Below, piece by piece: positions 15,472 through 28,379 of a stretch of DNA of 64,000 nucleotides. The stretch's first letter is position 1; each line of letters starts with the position of its first letter. The notes beneath the pieces are model-generated. The model made no database searches, had not been told where the DNA came from, and saw only the letters and a program-made list of their open reading frames with translations. Both the position numbers and the translations under genes were made by a program. This DNA comes from the human T2T-CHM13v2.0 reference genome, Homo sapiens, in the NCBI GenBank assembly GCA_009914755.4, contig CP068257.2:2560001-2624000 (forward strand), given 5' to 3'.

Positions 15472-15773
15472 GGCCAGGTGCAGTGGCTCACACCTGTAAT
15501 CCCTGCACTTTGGGAGGCCAAGGTGGGTGGATCACGAGGCCAGGAATTTGAGATCAGCCTGGCCAATATGGTGAAACCCTGTCTCTACTAAAAATACAAA
15601 AAAATTAGCCGGGCATGGTGGCAGTACCTGTAATTTCAGCTACTTGGGAGGCTGAGGCAGAAGAATGGCTTGAACCCTGGAGGCAGAGGTTGCAGTGAGC
15701 CGAGATCATGTCACCACCCTACAGCCTGGGCAACAAGAGCAAAACTACGTAAAGGAAAAAAAAGAAAAAAGGA
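15472..15773 (+). mobile_element. AluS-type SINE inserted into Tigger1, flanked by 15-16-bp TSDs (AAAGAGATTGCTGCTT / AAAAGATTGCTGCTT)
   Basis: Begins GGCCAGGTGCAGTGGCTCACACCTGTAATCCC, ends ..GAGCAAAACTACGTAAAGGAAAAAAAAGAAAAAAGGAAAAAAG. The direct repeats lie at 15456-15471 and 15774-15789. Confidence 0.9.
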
Positions 15774-16327
15774 AAAAAGATTGCTGCTTATTGACAATTC
15801 ACCTAGCTACCCAGAAGCTTAGATGGAGATGTACTTGGAAATTAATGTTATTTTCATGGCTGCTAATACAATATCCATCCTTTAGCCTGTGGATCAAGGA
15901 GTGGTTTTGACTTTCAAGTGTTTTTATTAATTAATAATTGCATTTTGTAAAGGTATAGCTGTCATAGATAGTGATTTCTTTGATGAATCTGGATAAAAAA
16001 CTGAATTGAAAACCTTTTGGAAAGATTCACCATTAATCCTTTCATGATATTTTAACCTCCCGTGAATCACAAATGTCCTTAATAACAACCCTTAAATTCC
16101 ATTAAGGACATTTGTGATTGATGGGGGGAGGTTGAAATATCAACATTAACAGGAGTTTGGAAGAAGTTGATTCCAGGCCTCATGGATGACTTTGAGGGCT
16201 TGAGATGTCAGTGGAGGAAGTCCCTACAGATGTGGTAGAAATCGCAATACAACCAGAATTAGAATTAGGGCCTTAAGATGAGATTAAATTGCTCTGAACT
16301 CATGATGAAACTCGAACAAATGGGGAG

Positions 16328-16624
16328 TTGCTTCTTATGGACGAGCAAAGAAAATATTTTCTTGAGGTGGAATCTACTCCAGGCGGAGATGCTATGAACA
16401 TTGTTGAAATAACAACAAAGGATTTAGAATATTCCATAAACCTAGTTGATAAAGCAGCAGCAGGGTTTGAGAGGGTTTATTCCAATTTTGAAGGAAGTTC
16501 TACTGTGGATAAAATGTTATCAAACAACATCACATGCTACAGGGAAATCTTTTGTGAGAGGAACAAACTTCGTTGTTTTAAGAAATTGACACAGGCATCC
16601 AACCTTCAGCAGCCCCCATTCTGA
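16328..16624 (+). pseudogene. Tigger1 transposase C-terminal region (pogo/CENP-B-like family), remnant ORF
   Basis: The ORF translates to [75 protein letters not shown]... It corresponds to the C-terminal portion of the Tigger1-encoded protein and is collinear with the consensus nucleotide sequence. Confidence 0.7.
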
Positions 16625-16961
16625 TCAGTCAGCAGCCATCAATATAGAGGCAAGACCCTCACCAGCAAAAAGATTATGACTTGGTAAGGCTCAGATATTC
16701 ATTAGTATCTTTCAGCAATGAGGAATTTTAAGTTAAAGTATGTACATAGATTTTTAGACTTAATGCGGTTACTAATTAATTAACTAATTGATAATTAATT
16801 ATTAAATACTCATTAGACTACAACATAGTTTAAGCATAACTTTTATAAACACTGGGAGACAAAATGTTTATGTGACTAACTTGATTGTAACATTTGCCTT
16901 ATTGCGGTTGTCTGGAACCAAACCCACACTATCTCTGAGTATGCTTGTAGGTTTTTGTTTG

Positions 16962-17432
<471 letters not shown>

Positions 17433-17446
17433 GGCTATTTTTTTTA

Positions 17447-17577
17447 ATACTTTTTTTTTGCAGAGACGGGGTCTCACTATGTTGCCAAGCTGGTCTTGAA
17501 CTCCGGGGCTGAAAGCAATCCAGCCACTTCAGCTTCCCAAAGTGAAGCCATTACTGGCTTGAGCCACTGCACCCAGC
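17447..17577 (-). mobile_element. Free left Alu monomer-like fragment (FLAM-like), minus strand
   Basis: T-run, then GCAGAGACGGGGTCTCACTATGTTGCCAAGCTGGTCTTGAACTCC..CCAAAGTGAAGCCATTACTGGCTTGAGCCACTGCACCCAGC. About 130 bp, a single monomer. Confidence 0.7.
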
Positions 17578-17603
17578 TTGTCTGTAGTTTTTAAAACAAA
17601 AAC

Positions 17604-17920
<317 letters not shown>

Positions 17921-19739
17921 TTACAAATATATATATCTATCATTATAGTGTCATACAGAATGGTTTTACTGCCGTGAAGATTCTCTGTGCTCTGTGTATC
18001 CATCTCTTCCTTCTCCTTGGTCCATGGCAGCCACTGATCTTTCTACTGTTCTCATGGTTTCACCATTTCCAGAATGTCATATAATTGGAATCGAACAGTA
18101 CATAGACTTTTCGGATTGGCTTCTTCTGTTAGTAATATGCTTTTAAGTTTCCTCCATGTATTTTTTTCTGGCTTGATAGATCATCTCTTGCTAGCAGTGA
18201 ATAATATCCCATTCACATTATACTTTTTTCAAGACTCACAATGTACAGAGTGAAGAGTAAACGTGAATGTGCACTGTAAGCTTTGAGTGATAATGAAGGG
18301 TCAAGGTAGGTTTCTGGTTGTCACAGGTGTGCTCCTGTGAGGCAGGAAGCTGTAGTGGGGAGGCTGTGTGCGGGGAAAGGGACATATGGGAAGCCTGTCC
18401 TCTCTGCTCCGTTTAGTTGTGAACCTGCACTTCTCTAAAAAATAAAATTAGTTAAAATTGAAAGCCAAAAATTAGAGAAATTAAAACATTACAATGTGTC
18501 ATATAGTTTTCAAATCACAAGATAGAAAAAAACATAATAACAGAAACTATAGAAAACAAGGATAGAAATAAAACGTCAGTGATACAAGGCAGAAGACAGA
18601 AACGTGCAGCCAAACATATTATTTTAATGATTATTTATATTCATTTATACTAATTTATATTGATGTAACATATTAATTTTGACTAAATGGCATTAAAGGA
18701 GGTTTGAGTAATTTGTGAGTCACATTCTGGATGAGATGACTCAATAATATTAACTCTTTACTTTGCTGTAAATCATTTAAAAATATGCTCAAATTCCAAT
18801 AAAAATTCCAAGAAAAATGTTTTTGAACAAGAAAATGTGATTTTAAATTCGTCTGTTGAGCACACACATGAGAGCCAATATTATAAAATTTACTATAAGA
18901 TATTAAAATTATTACTATTCAAAGTAAACAAATTTGAAATGGCACAAAAATAAACACATTAATGAAAGAGAACTAAAAGCACAGAAATTGAGTGTAATTT
19001 TATCTAGTAACAGGGTAACGTTTTAAATTCACAAAACAAGAGCGATTGTTCCATTTATGGTATTAAAATACTGGGTAATGATTTGAGAATATAAAATGAT
19101 AGAATTGAATCATGGTCCCACACCTTGCATAAAAGTTAATTCCAGTATTAAATGTTAAAAAAGAGAGAGAGAAAAAAAAAAATTAGATGTATGTGTGTTT
19201 TACGTCCTTGAGAATGAATGTCTTCTAAAATCAAAATTTCAAACAGAAACCTTATAAAAAGGAATAAACCTAACGTACCTAAAATGTAAATTCTTACACA
19301 TTTCAACACCAGGTAAATAGCACAAAACAAACTGGGAAAATTTTTACAACAATTATGTTACATGAAAATTAAAATCCTTATGACATGTACAATGTATAAA
19401 ACAGTATGATTACTGCTATTATTAATAGTATTATGATTACCTGGTCTTCCCACACACCAGTCCTCTTCTGGTGCCCTGTGGTGAAACAGAGCCCTCCCTC
19501 TCTGGCCACAGTGAGGGATCCAGCAGGAACCCTGCCTAAACCCACAGAGGGTGTGAGCCAAGCCAGGACATCACATACCCTCCTGCGAAATGACGCAGAC
19601 ACCCACTCAAGACAGAAATGTGGTCCCTCTCTGGGAAAGTCGCATAACAATTATTGCAGAAACTTTTTTCTTTTGTTCCCAGACACATGGAGAAAGCTGG
19701 TCTGGAAGACTGATGTCCACATGCTCAGAGAAGCAGTCA

Positions 19740-20980
19740 TTCATAGCACACACACTGCACACACCACACCGCACACACCACACCATGTGCACACGCACAC
19801 ACACCCCACACACAGACACCACACAAACAGCAGACACACCATGTGCACACGCACACACACCCCACAGACACCACACACTGCACACACACCATGTGCACAT
19901 GCACACACACCCCACAGAAACCAAACAGCACACACACCATGTGCACATGCACACACACCCCCCACACCCACTGCACACACCCCACACACACCACACCCAC
20001 TGCACACACAGCATGTGCACATGCACACACCCCATACAGACACCACACACTGCATACACCACACCATGTGCACACACACACCAGACACCACACACACTAC
20101 ACACACACACCATGTGCACATGTACACACCCCAGAAACCACACACACTGCACACACTACACTATGTGCACATGCACACACACCCCACACACAAACAGCAC
20201 ACACACCATGTACACATACACGCACACAACTCCCCCACACTGCACACACACCACACCCACTGAACACGCCACACCATGTGCACACGCACACACACCCCAC
20301 ACAGACACCACACACACTGCAAACACCACACCATTACACAAGCGCACACCCCCCAAACACACCACACAGAGACACCACATACACTGCACACACACAGCAT
20401 GTGCACACGTGCAGACCCCACACACCACACACACTGCACACACACCACACACACGAACCTACTACACACACACCACACACATACAGCACCACACACCAAC
20501 CACACACACATCACACAACCCACACATACTCCCCAAACACTGCACACGTATATATAGCACCACACACAGAGCACACACATCACATACATACGCCACACAC
20601 ACTGTGCACACACACACCACACACGCCACACACATACTCCACACACACATTCTACGCACACATCAAACACTACACACACTGCACACACAGCACCATACAC
20701 ACAAAAAACACACACATCACATACACCACACACACTGCACACACACATATCACAAGCACACCATACCACACATAGTACACATACACACCACACACATACA
20801 CCACAAACACAGCACATACACACACCATACACAACCCACAGTATTCACACGACACCTCCAGTACACACCACACACACATATACGTACCCCATGCACTTAC
20901 TACACACACAGACCACACACACACACACCATACATATACATCACACACATACATCTGCGCACACCTCACAGAGTACATAC
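19740..20980. repeat. Degenerate ~50-bp minisatellite (about 12 recognisable units, 19740-20420) grading into CA/CAC-rich low-complexity sequence
   Basis: CCATGTGCACA(C/T)GCACACACACCCC..CAGACACCACACACTGCACACA recurs at ~19784, 19840, 19890, 19938, 20012, 20065, 20111, 20163, 20207, 20275 and 20398 (spacing 44-74 bp). Beyond that the sequence is (CA)n/(CACA..)-rich up to ~20980. Confidence 0.85.
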
Positions 20981-22570
20981 AATCCTCACTTTTAGAACTT
21001 AATTCAGCTTTTAAGGAACCTGGATAGTATAGTATTTTATTGGCGTTTGAATGAGCTAAGAAAATGCATATAAATACACACGCATAACTATGATTGCAGA
21101 AGAAGCACTTTCGAAATCACAACATTAGATTAAACCGTGTAAGTTTTTTATTGTTTTTGAAAAATCAAGTCTTTATCATTTTACTAGGAACTATTTACAG
21201 AATAAACTAATGAGATTCTTCCTGAGGTAAAAATACTTTTTGGAAAAACTTCTCCTTGATGAAATTTCACTTAAAACATCACTTCCATCGTGAAGTATTT
21301 CTTTAAGATATTTTTGGTCCCTTCCTTTTATGTGGAATCGTCAATTCAAATTTTAAAGGAGACTTTGAGATGTTTTTCATCTATTATTTTAAAAATGTTG
21401 AAGGGGTTTTTAATTCTGCCTTCAACAGAGATGGACACACCTCTGATTATGATGTAAAACTGAATAAGTTACTCTGACAGGCTTTCTTTTATGCAGCGCA
21501 GCTACCATCATTATTAATAAGGATTGAGTTCTTTTACTCCATGCACAATCTGTATTCCCTGCTTTACAAAGAATAGAAATCTAATTCTCACTATGAAGGC
21601 AGATAAAAGTAATCACTTCAACCTACAGATGACTGAATCATTTACCAACGCACTCAGACTTTAAATAGCATTTATCCAATGTGTCTACATTTCTACACAC
21701 ATTCATATGAAGAACATGTAGTTTAAATCATTGCACAATTTATGCTTTTAATGAGTTGTGATGGTCATTAATATTTTTATTACATTTCCCCAAAGGTGGG
21801 CTACTTACTGTTATTATTTTCAGTTAGAAATATAGATGTATTTTCTATTTTTGATGACTTTAAACATAATCCTTGGAATATAATATCTGTGTGTAATATC
21901 TGTGGAAATCATGAAAATAATATTCAAATAGTATGCATTTTTTCCAGAATGAAAATTTCCTCTACAATAACATTCATCTTTTTTTTCCTGATGGGCATAT
22001 AAAAGTCAACATTTGTAACATTGCTGGACATTATTTACATTAAACATGCATCAGCTTCAGGTGTTGCAGAAACTGGGCAAGAGGCCACAAGGTACACAAT
22101 ACACACACACGCACAAAACTTGTATTATTATACTTACCTAAGTGTCTAAAGAGGTGGATAAATATATTAGATTACTCTAGAGCAATGATTTTTGTGGGGC
22201 CTATTGGAAAATATGACTGTAGTTTGAGTGAGATTCCTCTAAGAGATTCAACTTGGCCACTATTTATTGAGTATTCAATTTTAAAAATACTAACAAAGGC
22301 TTATGGGATGAAAATTTCCATCTAGATCTATGGGAAATGTGTTACTAGATGCTGTAGTAAAAAGACTAGTGTGGTAATTGTAAAATATATCTAACATCTA
22401 AACCTTTGTTTGTTTGTTTTTTACCTGAAATCCTTATGGGGGTGATTGTGTATATCAATTTGAATCTTCCCATCAACAAGATACATAAATAAATAGCCAG
22501 CCTACCTCTATAAGTTAATAATTTAGTTCACCTGCTCTATATTTTGAGGGCAGTTCTTCTCTTCCTTTGA

Positions 22571-22880
22571 CATGCACAAGATTCACCAGGGGATCTTATT
22601 AAAATGCAAACTCATAGACCACGCTTTGACTAGCTAAGATAAGGGGTCAGAGCATCGAAATGAGTGTGTAGGTGACTGTGCTAAGATCCTCCTGCTCATT
22701 TGGGCACTGGCTCATCATACAAACAAAGCTTAGGACCTCTAGTCCTTGCTGGAAAAGAAACACACATACATAGGATGTGACTGTGCATATGGAATATCTG
22801 TTGTGTTCTGGACATTGTGCTAGACAACAGAGATAAGAAGTCAAATAATCTCTTCTCTTTATCTGAAAGGAGCTTCATAC
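22571..22880. repeat. Inverted-repeat arm A (~310 bp), partner at 24121-24421
   Basis: The reverse complement of 24121-24421 aligns along the whole length with 22571-22880, roughly 85% identity by eye. For example, CATGCACAAGATTCACCAGGGGATCTTATTAAAATGCAAACTCATAGACCACGCTTTGACTAGCTAAGATAAG pairs with the reverse complement of CTTATCTTAGTTAGTCAAAGTGTGGTCTGTGAGTTTGCATTTTAATAAGATCCCCGGGTGAATCTTGTGCATG. Likewise ..CTGAAAGGAGCTTC at the inner end pairs with GAAGCTCCTTTCAG at 24125. Confidence 0.8.
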
Positions 22881-23114
22881 ACAGTGGCTTCTGGATGTCT
22901 CTGAAACCGGGTTCACTTTCAGATTTGATTATTATATTTATGATTTGACATTGGCATTGAACCCCATGAGGTGATAAATTTTTCCAGAACCTGCCAGAAC
23001 AACTGGCTTTGCTCTCAGCATCAGGAAGCCACTGGCACATAAATAATTCATTTATGTTTGTATTTCACCAGACAGGAACAACTTGAGCTACTTTTCTAGC
23101 CACATTCGTTTATA

Positions 23115-23412
23115 GCTGTTTTTGTTTTTTGTTTGTTTGTTTGTTTTTTTAAGACAGGGTCTCACTCTATCACCTAGGCTGGAATGCAGTGGTGTGATCA
23201 GAGCTCACTGCAGCCTCACCTTCCAGGCTCAAGCAATCCTCTCACCTCAGCCTCCTGAGAAGCTGGAACCACAGGCTTATACCACCATACCCAGCTAATT
23301 CAATTTTTTTTTTTTTTTTAGAGACAGGGTTTTTCCATGTTTCCTAAACTTGTCTCCCACTCCTGAGCTCGAGCAATCTGCCTGCCCCAACCTCCTAAAG
23401 TGTAGAGCTGTG
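23115..23412 (-). mobile_element. Old, diverged Alu (AluJ-like), minus strand, within the inverted-repeat spacer
   Basis: (GTTT)n/T-run, then AAGACAGGGTCTCACTCTATCACCTAGGCTGGAATGCAGTGGTGTGATCAGAGCTCACTGCAGCCTCACC ... CCTCCTAAAGTGTAGAGCTG. A poly-T sits in the middle. Confidence 0.8.
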
Positions 23413-24120
23413 TTTTTAGTCTTTTTTTGAGCTGTTTTACAATCCAGTGTTGAATTGATAAGTTTGGATTCACTCTGATATTTGCAGATTTAACATCCTA
23501 CTTCACAAGATGTTCATAGCCTTGAACCATTACAGCCGCTGCCTCATCCATCTCTGCTCATATCCTTGATCCAATACAACAGCCACCTCTTCCATCTATG
23601 CTCATAGCCTAAACTAATAGAAGCCAGAGGGAAGAAATGGAAGCCAACGTGAGTCCAGAACACACGTTTTATAAGAGCATAAGAAATTTAAAAATAGCAA
23701 AGTATAAAATGAAGTTTGTAATAGATGTGCATGGCTAAAATTTATTCTTATATTAACCAATATATTCTATAAATTGGGAGAAAATATTAAACACATGAAA
23801 AGTAAGGAACTTTCATCATTAATATATAATTAATATGACAAGAATGTGGTTTATGTTTTTATCTTTACAAGATTAAGGAAAATTTGGTGGAAGGAAGAAG
23901 AATGTATAATCATGGGGAGCGTGTATGATACTGGAGGGAGCCTTTTGACAACGGGGAAATGGCATCATGAGATATACTATGGTCATAGCTATGTAGGAAC
24001 ACAACTACCTGTGGTCTCCCCTGTCAAATCCACTGGGCAGTGTTCAATTACCAACATTGAGGTAGAGCTCACTCTCCCAGGTCAGAAGAGAAAATATATA
24101 CTGCAGTCAGAATCCACTGA

Positions 24121-24421
24121 GTAGGAAGCTCCTTTCAGATAGAGGCAAGGGATATTTGACTTTTTATCTCTAGTGTCTAGTACAATGTCCAGAACACAAC
24201 AGACTTTCCATATGCACAGTCACATCCTATGTGTCTGTATTTCTTTTCCAGCAGGGACTGGAAGTCCTAAGTTTTGTTAATATGGTGAGCCAGTGCCCAC
24301 ATGAACAGTAGCATCTTAGCACTGTCACCAGGACATCAATTTAAATGCTCTTATCTTAGTTAGTCAAAGTGTGGTCTGTGAGTTTGCATTTTAATAAGAT
24401 CCCCGGGTGAATCTTGTGCAT
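24121..24421. repeat. Inverted-repeat arm B (~300 bp), partner at 22571-22880
   Basis: See arm A. The outer end of arm B (GTGAATCTTGTGCATG) runs directly into the 76-bp VNTR. Confidence 0.8.
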
Positions 24422-24725
24422 GTTACAGAGGAAGCACTGTCCTACATCACATGTGACAGGCTCTCATAGTCACCATCATCACGGGAATCTTGTGCATGTT
24501 ACAGAGAAGTGCTGTCCTACGTCATATGTAACAGGCTCTCATAGTCACCATCATCACAGGAATCTTGCGCCTGTTACAGGGAAGCACTGTCCTACATCGT
24601 ATGTGACAGGCTCTCATAGTCACCATCATCAAGGGAATCTTGCACACGTTACAGAGAAGCAGTGTCCTACATCGTATGTGACAGGCTCTCATAGAAACCA
24701 CCACCCTGGGAATCTGCATTTAGAG
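24408..24725. repeat. 76-bp tandem repeat (VNTR-like), 4 full copies plus a partial copy, seeded from the outer end of inverted-repeat arm B
   Basis: The unit is GAATCTTGTGCATGTTACAGAGGAAGCACTGTCCTACATCACATGTGACAGGCTCTCATAGTCACCATCATCACGG. Copies start at ~24408, 24486, 24560 and 24636, with a truncated copy at ~24711. Arm A carries only a single, diverged copy of the unit start, read in reverse complement at 22520-22570. Confidence 0.85.
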
Positions 24726-27567
24726 CATTTAATTATATGGGCTCTGAAATCAGATGACTTAGGTTTAGACTTCCTTCTACTTCTTACTAAGCAGAGAACT
24801 CTGGGGTGAAAACTTTACGACGCTGTTTTATCACGTCCAAATTGGAGGCACGGGGAGATTATAACATTGTGCATAGAATATTGTTTTACATATAAAATAA
24901 AATAGTACATAGGAAGCTTCTGCCATGCACTAATTGCACAATAAATATTAGTTAACAGTAACTCATTTAGTCCTAAGAAGAGGTCTATAAATTTTTACAC
25001 TATAATTTTTTGTGACTACCCAAGTTTCTATAATTAATGTAGATTTAAAATCAAGGAATGTTTTTACGTGTAGTTGGCAACCAATATGACATGCCAAAAT
25101 TATATGTAAGTATTTTATTTTTCGTGGGGATATAAGAAATTTGCCATCAAAAGAGGGAAAATAATCTATGTTTGCAGACTCCAGAAAGCTGTCACTCACC
25201 TGAGTTTGCAATTTCTGTCTGGGGGAAAAGAAGAGAAAGTTGACTGTGAAAATAAGCATTACCATAGAGTCTTCTCTATGACAACATCAAAAATGAAAGC
25301 TGAGTCTCGTCTTCCTAACAATCTGCAAAGACAAGTGAAACACAACCTACTGAGCATCAAGTTAAAGAAGGAGTGAATTTGAGTGGCACAGGAGGAAATC
25401 ATGTCTTTGCCACTAGGGAAATAAATATGACCCCTGTTCCTCTGCCCTCCTCCGAGGCTAAAGATGGGTTAAATATCAGTGCCTGACCTCAGATAATGGA
25501 ATGAGCAAAAAAGCTATAAAATGCATGCACTACATAATTAAGAGGGTGGGAAGGGATTTTTTAAAAAAGGCAATTCCTAGTTGGGTTCCTTCCTGTTCAC
25601 GTCATTGGTGAAGAAATTAGTCTTGCCCTAGAATTCTAGGGATGGCTGCAGACACAACAAACACTGAGTAGACGAAATTCACCGTAACTTATTCATCGCG
25701 CATACTCAGCCCAACAGGGGATGACACTGCATCTGTGCAGGTCTACCCGGGGGTTCACTCTGGAGCACAGGGTGCGGGAGGCAGGCTTGGTAGAAATCAG
25801 AGGGTGGGGTAACCCCTTGTCCCTTGAGGGATGTGCTTGACTAATTCAAAGAGTTTAGCAGTCTGTTGGGGGCATGAAAGCCATTAGGCTGAGGACCTGG
25901 TGGGATGCAGCATGAAATTTTAGGTGTCACAGTACAATTGACCCTGATGCTTTAACATCAGACATTTATTTTAATGATGACTAATATTTTGAGAGGCTGA
26001 GAGAAGGCTGTTGAGACATTGTAATAAATGCTTAGGGGCATGAGACATTAGGAAGGCCACAATTATGAGTAATGAAATGTGGAGGCTGATGAGAAGCTAC
26101 TGCTCCCATTTGTTTAGCAGGAGGCAGGAAAAGTGATCTGGGGTCTCTGGCAGCACAAGCGTGTGGTAAATATTTGGGTGACGTCATGCATCCCCCATGC
26201 ATGGGTTTTCATGTCTCCAGTGAGCTGTTGGGCAAGTCTGATATTACTGATCCACACGCAGCAGGCAGCTTCCTGTATGGAGCTACCTCCACCCCTTGGA
26301 CAGTTCAGGACTGAAAGATTGTCAAAAATGTGAACTCCTTGATGTCCAGTAAAGGCAACTGAGGGAACTGTCTAGCATTGGTGTAAAAAGTGCACTTTCC
26401 TAAGGAGCATGAACTTAGAGTTATCAAAGCCTGTGGCAATAGTGGAATCCAGCAGGGCATCCACTCGCTGCTTTGTACCTTAAATAGGAATTCTTTGAGG
26501 AGCTCAGTGTATCTCTCAACTGAAGCAGCTTCCTGCAGCCTACAGGAGCAGTGGAAGCTCTGCTGGACACCTTCTTCACAAGCCCAGCACTGTGTTTTCT
26601 GATGAAATGTTGCTTTGGTGACCATCAGTAGTGTCTGGAACTCTGCAAGGGATAAGGAGTGTCCCTGTGAGATCTGTACCGTGTCCTTAGTTAAAATAAA
26701 GGCATCTGTTACCTTGATTGGTATTCTGAGTATCCATGAGACAAGAAGTGTATTTAATTCAATGGGGAGGGAAGCTGGACAATTCTTGGCAATTGTCAAA
26801 AAGTTTGTAAAAAGGTACAAGTGGGGTTAATTGTTGGCCCAGCATCAGTGCTATGATGACCACCTCAAGTTTGGCCAGTTGTGCTGAGGCTTGTGTGTCA
26901 TCCTTTATCAGGGACATCCTAGCTAAGGGAGGGAAAGCAGCAGAATCCCACTGAGCTCCATCACATCTGATCATGGCATCCATTCAGAAGGCTGACAAAC
27001 TTCACTGCTGGTCACTCAGTCGATCCCAAGGGCCTCGCAGAGGGGTGACATCTGGCACCACAGTCTGAGGATGAAGGAGGCCAGTGTCAGCACTGTAGCC
27101 TAAGGATGAAGGAGGCCAGTGCTTCCTGCAGATGAGAATTGCATCGTGTAAAGATTTGACTCCATTCGGAGGCAAGGAGGTCACTGCAGCTGTGCCAAAG
27201 CTGTGGGGTGCTGCTTCCCAAGGCCTGATGGCCAGATGGGCATGAAGGCTCATGGACATGGATGCAGAGCCCTCTGTTTCAAGGGTCCAGTATGTGGCCA
27301 GCAATCACTGCCCTGATGCTGTACAGCACAGGGTCAAAAGAGGCAGGTTTGTTTTTTACATCAGAAGCCCATGGATGACTAATGGCCACCACATGCAAAC
27401 CAGATACTTCGGAGGCATGGGAAGAGGTTGCTAAAGCATCTACAGTGTGTTCTCTGATGGAATTCATAGGAGCGCCTGTTAATTTAAATTCGGATGGATT
27501 CCAGACTTGTTGGAGGAGGCTTCATTCAAGGTGGGTCAGCTTTCAAGTGACAGCATCAGCGAGATTA

Positions 27568-27925
<358 letters not shown>

Positions 27926-28379
27926 AATTAAAGAATGTTGGGCTTGTATTAACGTTGTGGATGCTGAGAGGATGAATAACTATTTCTTGAAACTGTCAGG
28001 AATAGAGCAGCCCCAAGTTTACCAAGGAATTTTCAGGAATTGAAGCAAAGTGGCAGGGCCTTGCACTACTGTGTTGGGGAAAGGTCCATTCCCTTTGTAT
28101 AAGGCTCTTTGTGTCTGTGTATCTTCAGTGTGTAAAATGAATTTTCTCTGAGAATGATGTCATCAGTATAATGTCACACCTGTACTCCTGTAGAAAGGTG
28201 GCTGCAGTGAGATATTGTCTGTGAAGATTGCATGCAATGACGAGGCTGCCAAGGCACTCCGTGTGTTACCTGGTCCCTTCAGAGATGAAGGCAGGCTATG
28301 ACTGCGACTCTGTTAAAATAGGCCCAAAAAGATCATGTTAGCTAAATATATAACAACAAAATATTTCCAGTTGCATGAA

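Larger units (their letters stand above)
15075..16947 (+). mobile_element. Tigger1 (TcMar-Tigger / pogo-like) DNA transposon: 5'-truncated, ~0.8-kb internal deletion, Alu inserted, 3' terminus intact with a flanking TA
   Basis: Long collinear matches to the Tigger1 consensus: CCTCAAAGAGCTCAAATGAAA..TCTCTTAGTTTAAGTCAAGAGCTGGAAATGATTAAGCTTAGTGAAG, then a jump (breakpoint ~15160-15170) to ..GTCAACGCTTGGCTTCAAAACTTCAAAGGATGGGCTGACTCTC..GGTGACTTTAAGTTACAGCCAATGCT..CAGCATGGTTTACTGAATATTTTAATCCCACT... The transposase C-terminus, 3' region and terminal ..TTATTGCGGTTGTCTGGAACCAAACCCACACTATCTCTGAGTATGCTTG are all present, followed by TA at 16948-16949. Confidence 0.8.

Noticed and set aside
19406-21002. 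Very long ORFs on both strands (470 aa, 310 aa, 285 aa on plus; 223 aa, 181 aa on minus) that could be read as a cluster of overlapping genes
   Set aside because: They lie entirely in CA/CAC-rich minisatellite DNA, which lacks stop codons in multiple frames. Their translations are H/T/P- or C/V/W-only low-complexity strings with no start context. These are classic repeat-induced artefacts.
24414-24809. His-rich repeat protein ORF (131 aa)
   Set aside because: It is produced by a 76-bp VNTR. The frame persists only because unit lengths vary. There is no promoter or splice evidence and it is low-complexity.
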